From assembly GCA_965208835.1 (NCBI GenBank), contig OZ242358.1, positions 416,001-480,000 on the forward strand: DNA of 64,000 nucleotides, given 5' to 3'. Shown here one piece after another: positions 11,251-19,797 of this stretch. A program made the translations under genes and the position numbers. Positions within the stretch are counted from its first letter, which is position 1. Each line of letters starts with the position of its first letter. The notes beneath the pieces were generated by a model that searched no databases, was not told the DNA's origin, and was given only the letters and a program-made list of their open reading frames with translations. Origin of the DNA: Candidatus Latescibacterota bacterium. GTDB lineage: Bacteria; Latescibacterota; UBA2968; GCA-2709665.

Positions 11251-12669
11251 ATGCCCGAAAAAAACCAACTTAAGGCCGGAGCGGCGACGGTTGACATCAC
11301 GCCGCCGTTGGGGACGCACCTGGCCGGAAGCGGCGCCGGCGAGCACCGGCCGGCCGAGACCGTTCTGGATCCGCTCTCTGCAAGAGCCATTGTCTTCGAA
11401 GCCGGCCGGCGGCGTGTGTGCTTGGTGATCCTGGATCTGACGATTGTCACGCAGGACTACACGGACCGGATTCGCGCCGCTATCGCGGAGCGTACGGGCA
11501 TCCCTCCGGAGGTGATCATGGTCCAGGCCACCCAGACGCACTCCGCGCCGAGCCTGGGCTACTTCATGCTGGATCAGGATTTTCGCCTGGAGACCAGCGA
11601 GCAGACGGAGTACCTGCGCGGGGCCGAACGCGCCTACGGCGACCGGGCTGCCCCCGCCGCGGTCGAGGCCGCAGTCGAAGCGGCGGACAGGCTGCAACCC
11701 GCACGTATCGGCCTGGGGCGCGGCGTGTTGGGAGACCTGGCGTTCAATCGCCGCGGCATCCGGCGGGACGGAACCGTCATCATGCCCACCCGTCCGGGCC
11801 GGGAAGAAAGGCCGTTCGGAAACACGGATATCTGCTATCTCGAAGGACCCATGGACCCGGAAGTCGGCGTGTGCTGCGTCCAGGACCTGGATGAGCGACC
11901 GCTGGCATTTCTCCTGCACTACACCTGTCACCCGGTCAATGCGTTCAGTCATCGCGACACCTACCGGGGCGTGTCGGCGGATTGGCCCGGCGCATGGACG
12001 CGGGAGATGGAACAGCGTTTCGGCTCCGAAGCGGTGCCGCTTGTCGTCAACGGCTGCTGCGGAAATATCAACCCCAGGCATCCATTCGATTCGGACTACC
12101 GGCCTGACCACCGGCGAATGGGGCGCGAACTGGCCCGGATGACCGAACGAATCGTTCACAGCCTGGCGTTTGTCGACGACCCCTCTCCGCTGGCATTCAC
12201 CGTCGAAAACGTACGGCTTCCGTTCCGCGATATTCCAGCCGGGTGCCTGCGCGAGGTCGAAGCGATCCTGTCCGAGAATCCCCAACCGCCGCGCGGCGCA
12301 AACGGACAAGTGGACCCTCAGTGGTTCCGGGCCGCTTCGACCCGCAGCGTCGAACTGTGCCGGGAACGGGACGACGAATTCTCCTATGAAATCCAGGCGT
12401 TCCGCATCGGCGACCTGTGTGTTATCGGCCTTCCCGGTGAACCCTTTGTGGAAGGACAACTCGCACTAAAGACGAACTCGGCAGCGCCGTTTCTCTTTCC
12501 GGCGCACCTCACGACGCAATACGTTGGCTACCTGCCCACGCGGGAAGCATACAACCGTGGGGGACACGAGGCCAACGAAGACGTGACCTACTGGGCCAAA
12601 CTCGCGCCGGGCAGCCTCGAAACCGTAGTGGAAAGGGCTCGCGAACTGATAAACGGTCTGTTTGCGTGA
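11251..12669 (+). CDS. Neutral/alkaline ceramidase-like family hydrolase
   Basis: AGAA.VDITPPLG..LAG, DPL.ARA, ATQTHSAP, FNRR, CHP, SADWPG, G.CGNINP, PGEPF, GYLPT motifs. Confidence 0.8.
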   Translation: MPEKNQLKAGAATVDITPPLGTHLAGSGAGEHRPAETVLDPLSARAIVFEAGRRRVCLVILDLTIVTQDYTDRIRAAIAERTGIPPEVIMVQATQTHSAPSLGYFMLDQDFRLETSEQTEYLRGAERAYGDRAAPAAVEAAVEAADRLQPARIGLGRGVLGDLAFNRRGIRRDGTVIMPTRPGREERPFGNTDICYLEGPMDPEVGVCCVQDLDERPLAFLLHYTCHPVNAFSHRDTYRGVSADWPGAWTREMEQRFGSEAVPLVVNGCCGNINPRHPFDSDYRPDHRRMGRELARMTERIVHSLAFVDDPSPLAFTVENVRLPFRDIPAGCLREVEAILSENPQPPRGANGQVDPQWFRAASTRSVELCRERDDEFSYEIQAFRIGDLCVIGLPGEPFVEGQLALKTNSAAPFLFPAHLTTQYVGYLPTREAYNRGGHEANEDVTYWAKLAPGSLETVVERARELINGLFA

Positions 12670-12826
12670 GCGACGAATCAGGGACCCTGCCGGACCATTG
12701 TGTACTCATTTTGCCAATTGCACATTGCAGACATCTGCCTGGTTTTTCCCGTTCTGTCCGGAATCCTGCAGGAAGATCGAATTATCGACGGCGTACACAT
12801 TCAATCTGAACAGTGGAGAATGTCCC

Positions 12827-13303
12827 GTGCAGAAAATCGTCACCAATCTGTGGTTTGACGGCCGGGTGGAGGAAGTGCTCGAACTCTACACGTCGTGTTT
12901 CGAAGACGCACGCGTTTCAAACGTTACGCGTTATACCGAAGCCGGCATGGGCAACGCCGGCGATATCATGACTGCCGAATTTGAACTGGCGGGACAGGGG
13001 TTCTGCATCATCAACGGCGGTCCCATGTACACACACAGCCCGGCGATGTCGCTGTCCGTAAATTGTGACGATCAGAACGAGGTGGACGCACTATGGGAAC
13101 GCCTGACAGCCGATGGCGGCGAAGAAGGCCGATGCGGCTGGCTCACCGACCGCTTCGGCGTTTCCTGGCAAATCGTGCCCACCGCGCTGGGAGAAATGAT
13201 GGCCAGCGACGACACGGCGGCGGTCGAACGCGTCACCGCCGCAATTATGAAGATGAACAAGCTGGATATCGCCGGGATGGAGAAGGCGTTCCGCAATGAG
13301 TAA
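12827..13303 (+). CDS. VOC/PhnB-like (3-demethylubiquinone-9 3-methyltransferase family) protein
   Basis: QKI..NLWFD, FEL.GQ.F..INGGP, S..V.C..Q.EVD..W..L, CGWL.DRFGVSWQIVP; GTG start after GGAG. Confidence 0.9.
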   Translation: MQKIVTNLWFDGRVEEVLELYTSCFEDARVSNVTRYTEAGMGNAGDIMTAEFELAGQGFCIINGGPMYTHSPAMSLSVNCDDQNEVDALWERLTADGGEEGRCGWLTDRFGVSWQIVPTALGEMMASDDTAAVERVTAAIMKMNKLDIAGMEKAFRNE

Positions 13304-13389
13304 GCATCACGCGCCGATGGACGCCTTCCCCGGCTCGCAGCGGTCGCCGATCCAGTCAAGATTTCAATCGACAACAATGGGGAGGATTT

Positions 13390-13773
13390 ATGACCGAGAG
13401 TGACCGCTACGAAGCAGGCCGCAGGGTTCTTTCGTCGATGCTCGGAGAGGCCGCTGCAAAGGACTCCGCCGAAAAGATGCGCAAACTTCATCCGGAGTTC
13501 GAGCGGCTCGTGATGGAGCAGGTGATGCATGACCTGTACGGACGGGACGGGCTGGACATCAAAACCCGTCTGCTGTGCACGATCGCGGCCTTGACGGTTC
13601 TCGGCAGACCGCAACAACTTGCTGTTCACATTGACCGGGCTCTTGGTTGTGGCTCGACGACGACGGAGATAGAGGAGGTCATGCTGCAGATGAGCGCCTT
13701 CGGCGGATTTCCGGCGACTTGGGATGCGCTGACTGTTCTCCAGGGACAGAAACGGGTAGACGGTAGACGGTAG
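13390..13773 (+). CDS. Carboxymuconolactone decarboxylase (CMD/AhpD-like) family protein
   Basis: Y.RDGLD.KTR.L.TIAAL, QL..H...AL..G....EI.E...Q...FGGFP; stop codon lies inside repeat A copy 2. Confidence 0.85.
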   Translation: MTESDRYEAGRRVLSSMLGEAAAKDSAEKMRKLHPEFERLVMEQVMHDLYGRDGLDIKTRLLCTIAALTVLGRPQQLAVHIDRALGCGSTTTEIEEVMLQMSAFGGFPATWDALTVLQGQKRVDGRR

Positions 13774-13966
13774 ACGGGAGAAAAAAGGCGGGTAGAGGTA
13801 AGAAGGTAGACGGTAGATGATATCCTTGCCCGGTGTGTTTTTCCTTTCTGCCTCCGGCACGAGAAGAATCCTTACAAGGCTGGAAATCTCTCCCGTCTCA
13901 CGTCTTGCGTCTCACCAGGTGGTGGGGCGGCGTGTGGTCCTCTACCGGCTACCGTCTCACCGCTCT
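13750..13966. repeat. Repeat family A, copy 2
   Basis: GGTAGAC heptamer arm, core CCTTGCCC..TGCCTCCGGCA..AAGAATCC, complementary arm. Confidence 0.85.
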
Positions 13967-14035
13967 TGGTCTACACTATACCCGCATTCAGGCTTTTTGT
14001 GGCTAATTTGACTGGTGTCTTTTTTGGAATTGAGG

Positions 14036-15583
14036 TTAATCCCGGTCGAAAAGATGCGCCTGGGTATTGTTCGCAAGCGCCAATTCGTAGCAAACGGCCT
14101 CGCTATCCGTGCGCACCAGCAGATAGGGTGCGGCAAAGGACGGGGGATTCCAGGTTTTGCCCGCGAAGGCTGTCATGCGCGCCAGTTCGACGTGGCGGTC
14201 GGGTCGGGCCTCGACCAGTACCACGTCGCCCGATTCGCTCATGATCAGCAGGACATCACCTATCAGGATGAGCTGGCCGTGGCCGTAGCGCCCGCGCTTC
14301 CAGCGGCGCTTGCCGTCTTGCGGATCGAGGCAGACCAGCACCCCGTCGTCGAGGCCATAGACAAAACCATCGCGATGGACCATGTTGGCGAATTTTGCCT
14401 TGAGTCGAGGGCTTTTCCAGACGATATCGCTTGTTAAGTTGCCGCCGGGCGCGGCGTTTACCTGATACAGCCTGGCGCCAATGCCGTAGCCGGTGGAGGC
14501 CAGAACCCGGTTCCCGGGCAAGGGCAGGGGGTTGGCAACGCATTGGACCTGTTCCCAGGGCTGACGCCAGAGGGGAACTCCGCTGTTCGGATCGTGTGCG
14601 ACGACGCTATGGCTGTTGAAAATCAGAATCTGCTCGCGTCCGGCCAGCGTGACCAGACGCGGCGAGCTGTAGCCGGCCCTGTCCGTGCCCCCGCCCCAGA
14701 CAAACGCGCCGGTCTGGCGGTGATAGGCAACCAGCGAGCGCTCATCCGGGCCGCCAGCACTGACCACAACGAGCGTGTCGAGGACCAGCGGCGAACAGCT
14801 GATGCCCCACACATTGGCCTCAGCCCGGTTGTCGGCGAGGATGTCCCTCGACCAGACTAGCGCCCCGGTGGCCAGATCCAGGCAATTGAGGATGCCTGTA
14901 GCGCCCAGGGTGAAGATCCGGTCTCCAGCGATGGCAGGCGTGGCGCGCGGACCGATGCCGGCGACGGCGGACTCGTAGCGAGTCGAGTCGGCGTGTTGCC
15001 AGAGCTTGCGGCCCGTTGCCAGGTCGTAGCAGACAACCTGCTCTTCGGGGCCGTGTTGCTCCTGAGTTACGGCCCGGCCTCCGGCAACGGCAAATGAAGA
15101 CCATGCGGCGCCGACGGGCCGACGCCAGATTTCGCGCGGCGGGCGCCTGGTCCAGTCGCGCTCGAGGTGGACGCCTCGGAGGCGGTTGTCGCGCTCGGGG
15201 CCGAGAAATTGCGGCCAATCGCGGGCGTCGAGCGCGGTGGCGTCCCCGCCTTCCGCGACGGCGGCCTCGTCCTCAGCGTTCCAACGCCATTCGAGGACCG
15301 GTACGAAGTCGCCGCTCAACCCCTTGATGCGAAAAAACCCGATGCCAAGCGCAATGGCGAAGACGATGCCGCCGAAATAGCGCAGGCGCTGCCTCCAGGC
15401 CAGCCGGGACGCAAAGAGCAGCCAGAGCAAAGCAAGGATAACGGCGAGTATAAAGATGCCCATGGTGCGCATGACCTGTTGCTGGCGATGGAGGGATTCG
15501 GGCAACCAGATCAGCAGGAGCGCCAGAACAACGATGCCTCCGAGAAAATAGAGAGGCCATAAGCGAGGGCCGGTCGTGGACAT
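14036..15583 (-). CDS. Membrane-anchored PQQ-like beta-propeller protein (BamB-like repeats)
   Basis: Three N-terminal TM segments, DWPQFLGP.R, repeated C.D..TG...W blades, KTWNPP C-terminal motif. Confidence 0.85.
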   Translation of the reverse strand: MSTTGPRLWPLYFLGGIVVLALLLIWLPESLHRQQQVMRTMGIFILAVILALLWLLFASRLAWRQRLRYFGGIVFAIALGIGFFRIKGLSGDFVPVLEWRWNAEDEAAVAEGGDATALDARDWPQFLGPERDNRLRGVHLERDWTRRPPREIWRRPVGAAWSSFAVAGGRAVTQEQHGPEEQVVCYDLATGRKLWQHADSTRYESAVAGIGPRATPAIAGDRIFTLGATGILNCLDLATGALVWSRDILADNRAEANVWGISCSPLVLDTLVVVSAGGPDERSLVAYHRQTGAFVWGGGTDRAGYSSPRLVTLAGREQILIFNSHSVVAHDPNSGVPLWRQPWEQVQCVANPLPLPGNRVLASTGYGIGARLYQVNAAPGGNLTSDIVWKSPRLKAKFANMVHRDGFVYGLDDGVLVCLDPQDGKRRWKRGRYGHGQLILIGDVLLIMSESGDVVLVEARPDRHVELARMTAFAGKTWNPPSFAAPYLLVRTDSEAVCYELALANNTQAHLFDRD

Positions 15584-15689
15584 GGGTACTATTCGCCTCC
15601 GGTGACGGTCTCCAGGCGGACGCAATCACCGCCGGTGACCGAGAGAGTAAGGGGGCCGCTGCGAAACACGCCAATGGACAGGCTATGGT

Positions 15690-16061
15690 TCAGTCGATGG
15701 CGTAGGCTTCGATCTCGACGACCAGATGCGGTTTGAGCAGCGCGGCTACGACAACCAGGGTCGAGGCCGGCAAAATCTCGCCAAACACCTCGTGGTGAGC
15801 ACGGGTGACGCCATCAGCATGGGCTACATCCGTGATGTACACGACCGTTCGCACCACGTCTTCGAGGCTTGCACCGGTCTCGTCGAGCGCCGTGGCGATG
15901 ATTCCCAATGCGCTCCGTGCCTGCTCGTAGGCATCGGCACGGTCATGCGGCGGCTGGGCGCAGGTACCGGCGACATGGATATGACGGTCCGCACGCACGG
16001 CGCGTGAATAACCAAACTCCGCGCCAAATGGACTGCTGGTCGGTATATGTTTGCGTTTCAT
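15690..16061 (-). CDS. RidA/YjgF/UK114 family protein
   Basis: GYSRAVR, VAGT, DVVRT..Y, PASTLV.V..L, VEIEA.A. Confidence 0.9.
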   Translation of the reverse strand: MKRKHIPTSSPFGAEFGYSRAVRADRHIHVAGTCAQPPHDRADAYEQARSALGIIATALDETGASLEDVVRTVVYITDVAHADGVTRAHHEVFGEILPASTLVVVAALLKPHLVVEIEAYAID

Positions 16062-16079
16062 GGTTTCCCTTTATCATAA

Positions 16080-16267
16080 GAAGCTGTCCTAAAATCCCCA
16101 GCGGTCTTCGCGCGGCTGCAAAAGCGCCGGTCGGCGTTGGTCAAATCCACCCAAGAGTGGCGAGGGGCGCGCAGCCACGATACATTGGATATGGGCGGAT
16201 TTTCCCGCCTTGACCGCCACTTTTTCGCTCGCGCTCGGGAACTCACCGGGAATTTTAAAACAGCTTC
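16080..16267. mobile_element. MITE family F (188 bp) with TAA target duplication
   Basis: TIRs GAAGCTGTCCTAAAATCCC / GGGAATTTTAAAACAGCTTC, with TAA directly on both sides (16077-16079, 16268-16270). Confidence 0.75.
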
Positions 16268-16427
16268 TAAAGGTTTCTTCGACCGGCGCCCACTCCTCCA
16301 ACAGGGCCGCCTGACCCTTGCAAACGTCTTCGGCGAATTGCATATTGCCGATATCGTTGCGACACAACCCGGTGCGTACGCGGTGGACCATCAGAAGAAA
16401 CAGCATCCATGAGTTATGCCCTAGTGT

Positions 16428-17186
16428 TCACTCCGCGTCGAGGATGTAGCGCGCGAGCGGCGAGATCCGACGGGCGGTTTCGGGCCGCAGGTACTCGCGC
16501 TGGTTGGTCTGCTGCGGGTGCTCGCGGGCGATAAAGGCGCAATGCAGGGTGCGGCGAGGGGCGTCGCTGAGGTTACGGTACGAGCTGTGAAAGAGGCTCC
16601 CGTTGAAGATAGCGACCGAGCCGGCGCATCCAATCAGTTGTACCTGGTCCGGGTGATCGACCATGCCATCGGTTACGTGGTCGCGTATACCGCCAGGCTT
16701 GCGGTGGCTTCCCGGTACACAGCGGGTCGCGCCGTTGACCCGGGTAAAGTCGTCGAGCATCCACATCGAATTGACGACGTGATAGGGCCCGCCGGGCACG
16801 ATGGGTTGCCCCCAGTCCGCGTGCAGGCCCTGTAAGCCGCTTCCGGGCAGCGGATCGTGTCCGTTGAGCGAGTGCAGCTTGAACGGCCGCCGCAGGACGT
16901 GCCAGACCGCCGAGAGAAGTGTCGGCTGCAGGTACACATTGTCGAAGACCGCTCCCTTGTTGACCAGGTCGGCGAGGCGGCGCACGCCCTCCATCTGGGC
17001 GACTTCAGCGCCGGCTTTGTCGCCTTCGCTGGTGAAGATCTCGTCGAAAGCACGCCGCAGAGCGGCCAGCCAGTCGGGTGCGATGACGTCTTCAAGAATG
17101 ACGAAACCGTCGGCATCCAGCGCGTGGCATTGCGGCGGCGTCAGCGGCCCGGGGACAAAACCCCGATTCAACAATTCGCTGTCCAT
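16428..17186 (-). CDS. Phytanoyl-CoA dioxygenase (PhyH) family Fe(II)/2OG oxygenase
   Basis: DGF.IL..V, LHADW (HxD), W.LDDFT..NGAT..VPGSH, distal H and R (HSSYRN.S..RR). Confidence 0.9.
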   Translation of the reverse strand: MDSELLNRGFVPGPLTPPQCHALDADGFVILEDVIAPDWLAALRRAFDEIFTSEGDKAGAEVAQMEGVRRLADLVNKGAVFDNVYLQPTLLSAVWHVLRRPFKLHSLNGHDPLPGSGLQGLHADWGQPIVPGGPYHVVNSMWMLDDFTRVNGATRCVPGSHRKPGGIRDHVTDGMVDHPDQVQLIGCAGSVAIFNGSLFHSSYRNLSDAPRRTLHCAFIAREHPQQTNQREYLRPETARRISPLARYILDAE

Positions 17187-17213
17187 TGTGGATGATCCTC
17201 AGAAAAGTGCACG

Positions 17214-17804
17214 ATGCCACGTAGAAGCAGAGTCCTCGGCGTTGGCGATACAGCCCCCTTGTTTACCCTCCCCTCGCACCAGCAACGAGACGTGTCGCTG
17301 GCATCGTATCGGGAAAAGGAAAACGTCGTTCTGACGTTTTTCCGGGGGACCTGGTGACGCAGAAGCCGTCGTCAGTTGGCGATCGTACAGGAACATGTCG
17401 AAGCGTACGCAGAATGGAACGCGATGTCGATTGCCATCGGCGCAGGACAGCCGCCGGGCGAAATGCGCGAATACGCCGAAAGCAACGGCATCACCTTTCC
17501 GCTTCTGGCGGACGAAGACTGGAGCGTCATCAGAAGTTACGGGGTACGCCACTGGTTCGCCCTGGCGATGCACAACGTCGTCTACACCATCGTCCGCCCC
17601 GCGACGTTCGTCATCGACAAACTCGGCTTTGCGTTACATGAATGGACCGGCCTGGCGAATCACGGCCTGAGCAACAGCATTGCCCGACCAGCGACGTTTA
17701 TCATCGACAGACGCGGCGTGATCAGATATACGTACATCGGATCGAGTCAGTTCGATCTGCCCGAACAGCAGGAAATACTCGAACACCTGGAATCGCTGGC
17801 GTAG
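17214..17804 (+). CDS. Peroxiredoxin-like (AhpC/TSA) probable selenoprotein, in-frame UGA at codon 48
   Basis: ATG at 17214 reads VGDTAPLFTLP..VSL..Y.....VVLTFFRGTW-TGA(17355)-RRSRRQL and continues in frame into the tracked ORF 17376-17804 (FPLLAD, RPATFIID..G.IRY). Confidence 0.8.
17358..17386 (+). promoter_or_regulatory. Candidate bacterial SECIS hairpin
   Basis: GTCGTC-AGTT-GGCGAT stem-loop; apical loop starts 16 nt after the UGA and has G at its second position. Confidence 0.55.
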
Positions 17805-17844
17805 CGATTTAATCAAGGCAGGAGTTCTAGCCCGGCCCCTTAGA

Positions 17845-17972
17845 ATCGAGTAGACGGAAGAGGGGAGAGATTACCTGCCTTGTGAGGCTTCTTTTCGTGC
17901 CGAAGGCAAAAAAGTACAAAATAGCGGGCAAGGATTTCTTCTACCGTCTTGCCTCTACCCTCTCACCGCCTT
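17845..17972. repeat. Repeat family A, copy 3 (short)
   Basis: GTAGACGGAAGAGGGGAGAG arm, TGCCGAAGGCA core hairpin, GGGCAAGGATTTCTTCTACCGTC arm. Confidence 0.85.
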
Positions 17973-18082
17973 GAACACGTCGCGACGTTCGAATAGCGTG
18001 GGTCTGCCAGGAAATCAACCAAGGGTCCATTGTCGGCGGCTTGATCTTCCCGCCAATGATTCAATCCATTCAGGAGACGCTC

Positions 18083-18853
18083 ATGCTTTCGCAAGCACAG
18101 TTGGCGCAATATGACCGGGACGGGTACGTGATGGTGTCGGGGCTGATTCCGGAAAAGACAATCGCCGCCGCGGAGGCGGCGATGTGGTCTGTCCTCGGCA
18201 TGGATCGGGACGATCCGGCTTCGTGGTCTCCTTTACCGGACAATGCCGATGGCGTAACGACGGTGGCCAGCCAGGGGGTGGTTGAACATTTCGGGCTCAA
18301 GGACCCTGAGTTGCTGGCGTGTTGTACTCCCGCGTTTTACGACGTGCAGAGCCAGCTTGCCCGCAAGAATGAGGCGGCGTTTCGCTGCCAGAGACCTCAG
18401 CCCGAGGCGGTGTGGACGCGCAGCGTATTTCCGGTGTCGGGAAGCTGGAGTCACCACAGCGGGCATGCCGATGGCGTACATCGACCGTTCAGCATCTTTC
18501 CCGGATCATTCCGCGTTTCGTCGCTGACGTATCTCGATTCCGGTGTCGCGCAGGGTGGCGGAACGGCAGTCTGGCCGGGTTCGCATCGCACGCTCAGAGA
18601 TGGGGCGGTGCGGGATCCCGACAGGTTTCGCATGCTGCCGGATTTACAGAACCCAACCCAAAAGTTCGATCTGAGCGCGCCGATCGAGTTAACGCCGTCC
18701 CGGGGCGACGTCCTGTTCTTTCATTACCTGCTGGTACACGCCGGGTCGCTCAATACCGGCAGCAAACCGCGTTTCGCAATCCGATGGATGTGTACCTGCG
18801 ACCCCTGCCGCATCTGGGAAAAGCACGGCAGATGGAATATCTGGATGCCGTGA
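18083..18853 (+). CDS. PhyH-like Fe(II)/2OG oxygenase
   Basis: Q..QY.RDGY..V.GLI, GHADG, GGT.VWPGSH, GDVLFFHY.L.HAGS.N; AGGAG RBS before ATG 18083. Confidence 0.85.
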   Translation: MLSQAQLAQYDRDGYVMVSGLIPEKTIAAAEAAMWSVLGMDRDDPASWSPLPDNADGVTTVASQGVVEHFGLKDPELLACCTPAFYDVQSQLARKNEAAFRCQRPQPEAVWTRSVFPVSGSWSHHSGHADGVHRPFSIFPGSFRVSSLTYLDSGVAQGGGTAVWPGSHRTLRDGAVRDPDRFRMLPDLQNPTQKFDLSAPIELTPSRGDVLFFHYLLVHAGSLNTGSKPRFAIRWMCTCDPCRIWEKHGRWNIWMP

Positions 18854-18869
18854 AACTTGATGTCCTGTC

Positions 18870-19748
18870 CTACCCCTTCTCTTCCATAAACGCCTCGTAC
18901 AACGCCAGCGGCTGCGTCATCGATTCGTCGATTTCGGTGACGGCGAACCGCACCTGCACGGTCCGTTCATCCCCAACGCGGAAGTCATCTCCGAACAGCG
19001 AGAGGTAGAGCGGATTCTGGTCCCTGAACGGGTCCTTCATGTTCTCGCTCTGGTACCCGCTGATGACCGCGTAACAGTCCTGAGGCCTGGACATCAGTAC
19101 GCCTGCAACGCCCGTTTCCAGGTTCGCGCTCATGATCACCGGCGATTCGAAAAACCGTTGAGGGTTCCACTGGTAGAGGCCCCAGATCCGGTCCCATCGT
19201 CCATCGGTAGACCGGCGCGCGGCGTGCTGGTCCCTCGAGAATACCAGTCCCGTGCCCACGAAAACGTCATTCACTTCAGGCGCGATCCATCGCGCCTGAT
19301 CGGCCGGAATATCGAACGGACTGCCCTGGACATACACGTACGGCCGCAGGGACAGGTCGAAATAGTTGGAAAGGAACACTTCATAAGCCGGGTACGGCCA
19401 GTTCGACTTCACGGTAATGGACAGGTCCACCGCGTTGGGTTCCACAACCTCGTACCTGGCGGTCATCTCCGCTTTGTGATTGTCCGTGGGCGCCCAGTGT
19501 ACGCCGATCGCATTGCCCTCGGCCGTAATGCTGCGTTCGTTCTCCCGGGCCTGCCCCATGCAGTGATTCTGTGAAAACATGAAGAACAGATTCAGGAGGT
19601 CGTACTTCGGATGTACGACCTGCGCGCCCGTCGGCTTGTGCGTCAACTCCTTGATCCCATGCCGGTCCCCGTCCGGCTGGATGTAGCCCGCCATCTGCTC
19701 CGTCTCGAAGTGCCAGACGTCCTGTCCGGCATCGTGCCTCAGCGCCAT
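18870..19748 (-). CDS. Hypothetical protein (probably beta-rich)
   Basis: 292-aa ORF with genome-like codon usage and AGGGAGG RBS; no family recognised. Confidence 0.75.
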   Translation of the reverse strand: MALRHDAGQDVWHFETEQMAGYIQPDGDRHGIKELTHKPTGAQVVHPKYDLLNLFFMFSQNHCMGQARENERSITAEGNAIGVHWAPTDNHKAEMTARYEVVEPNAVDLSITVKSNWPYPAYEVFLSNYFDLSLRPYVYVQGSPFDIPADQARWIAPEVNDVFVGTGLVFSRDQHAARRSTDGRWDRIWGLYQWNPQRFFESPVIMSANLETGVAGVLMSRPQDCYAVISGYQSENMKDPFRDQNPLYLSLFGDDFRVGDERTVQVRFAVTEIDESMTQPLALYEAFMEEKG

Positions 19749-19797
19749 TTCAACGCCTCCCTTCTGAATGACAATCCTGTTTCAGTTGCGCGCCGCC

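Noticed and set aside
11200-12459. Long antisense or alternate-frame ORFs (also 23900-25225, 43439-45073, 43804-45321, 35949-36977)
   Set aside because: Shadow ORFs expected in high-GC DNA opposite or overlapping well-supported genes.
17355-17357. Genome-wide UGA recoding or simple nonsense pseudogene
   Set aside because: TGA terminates many other genes here (katG, PhyH, array genes), and this one falls exactly on the catalytic Cys codon with a downstream hairpin, favouring selenocysteine.
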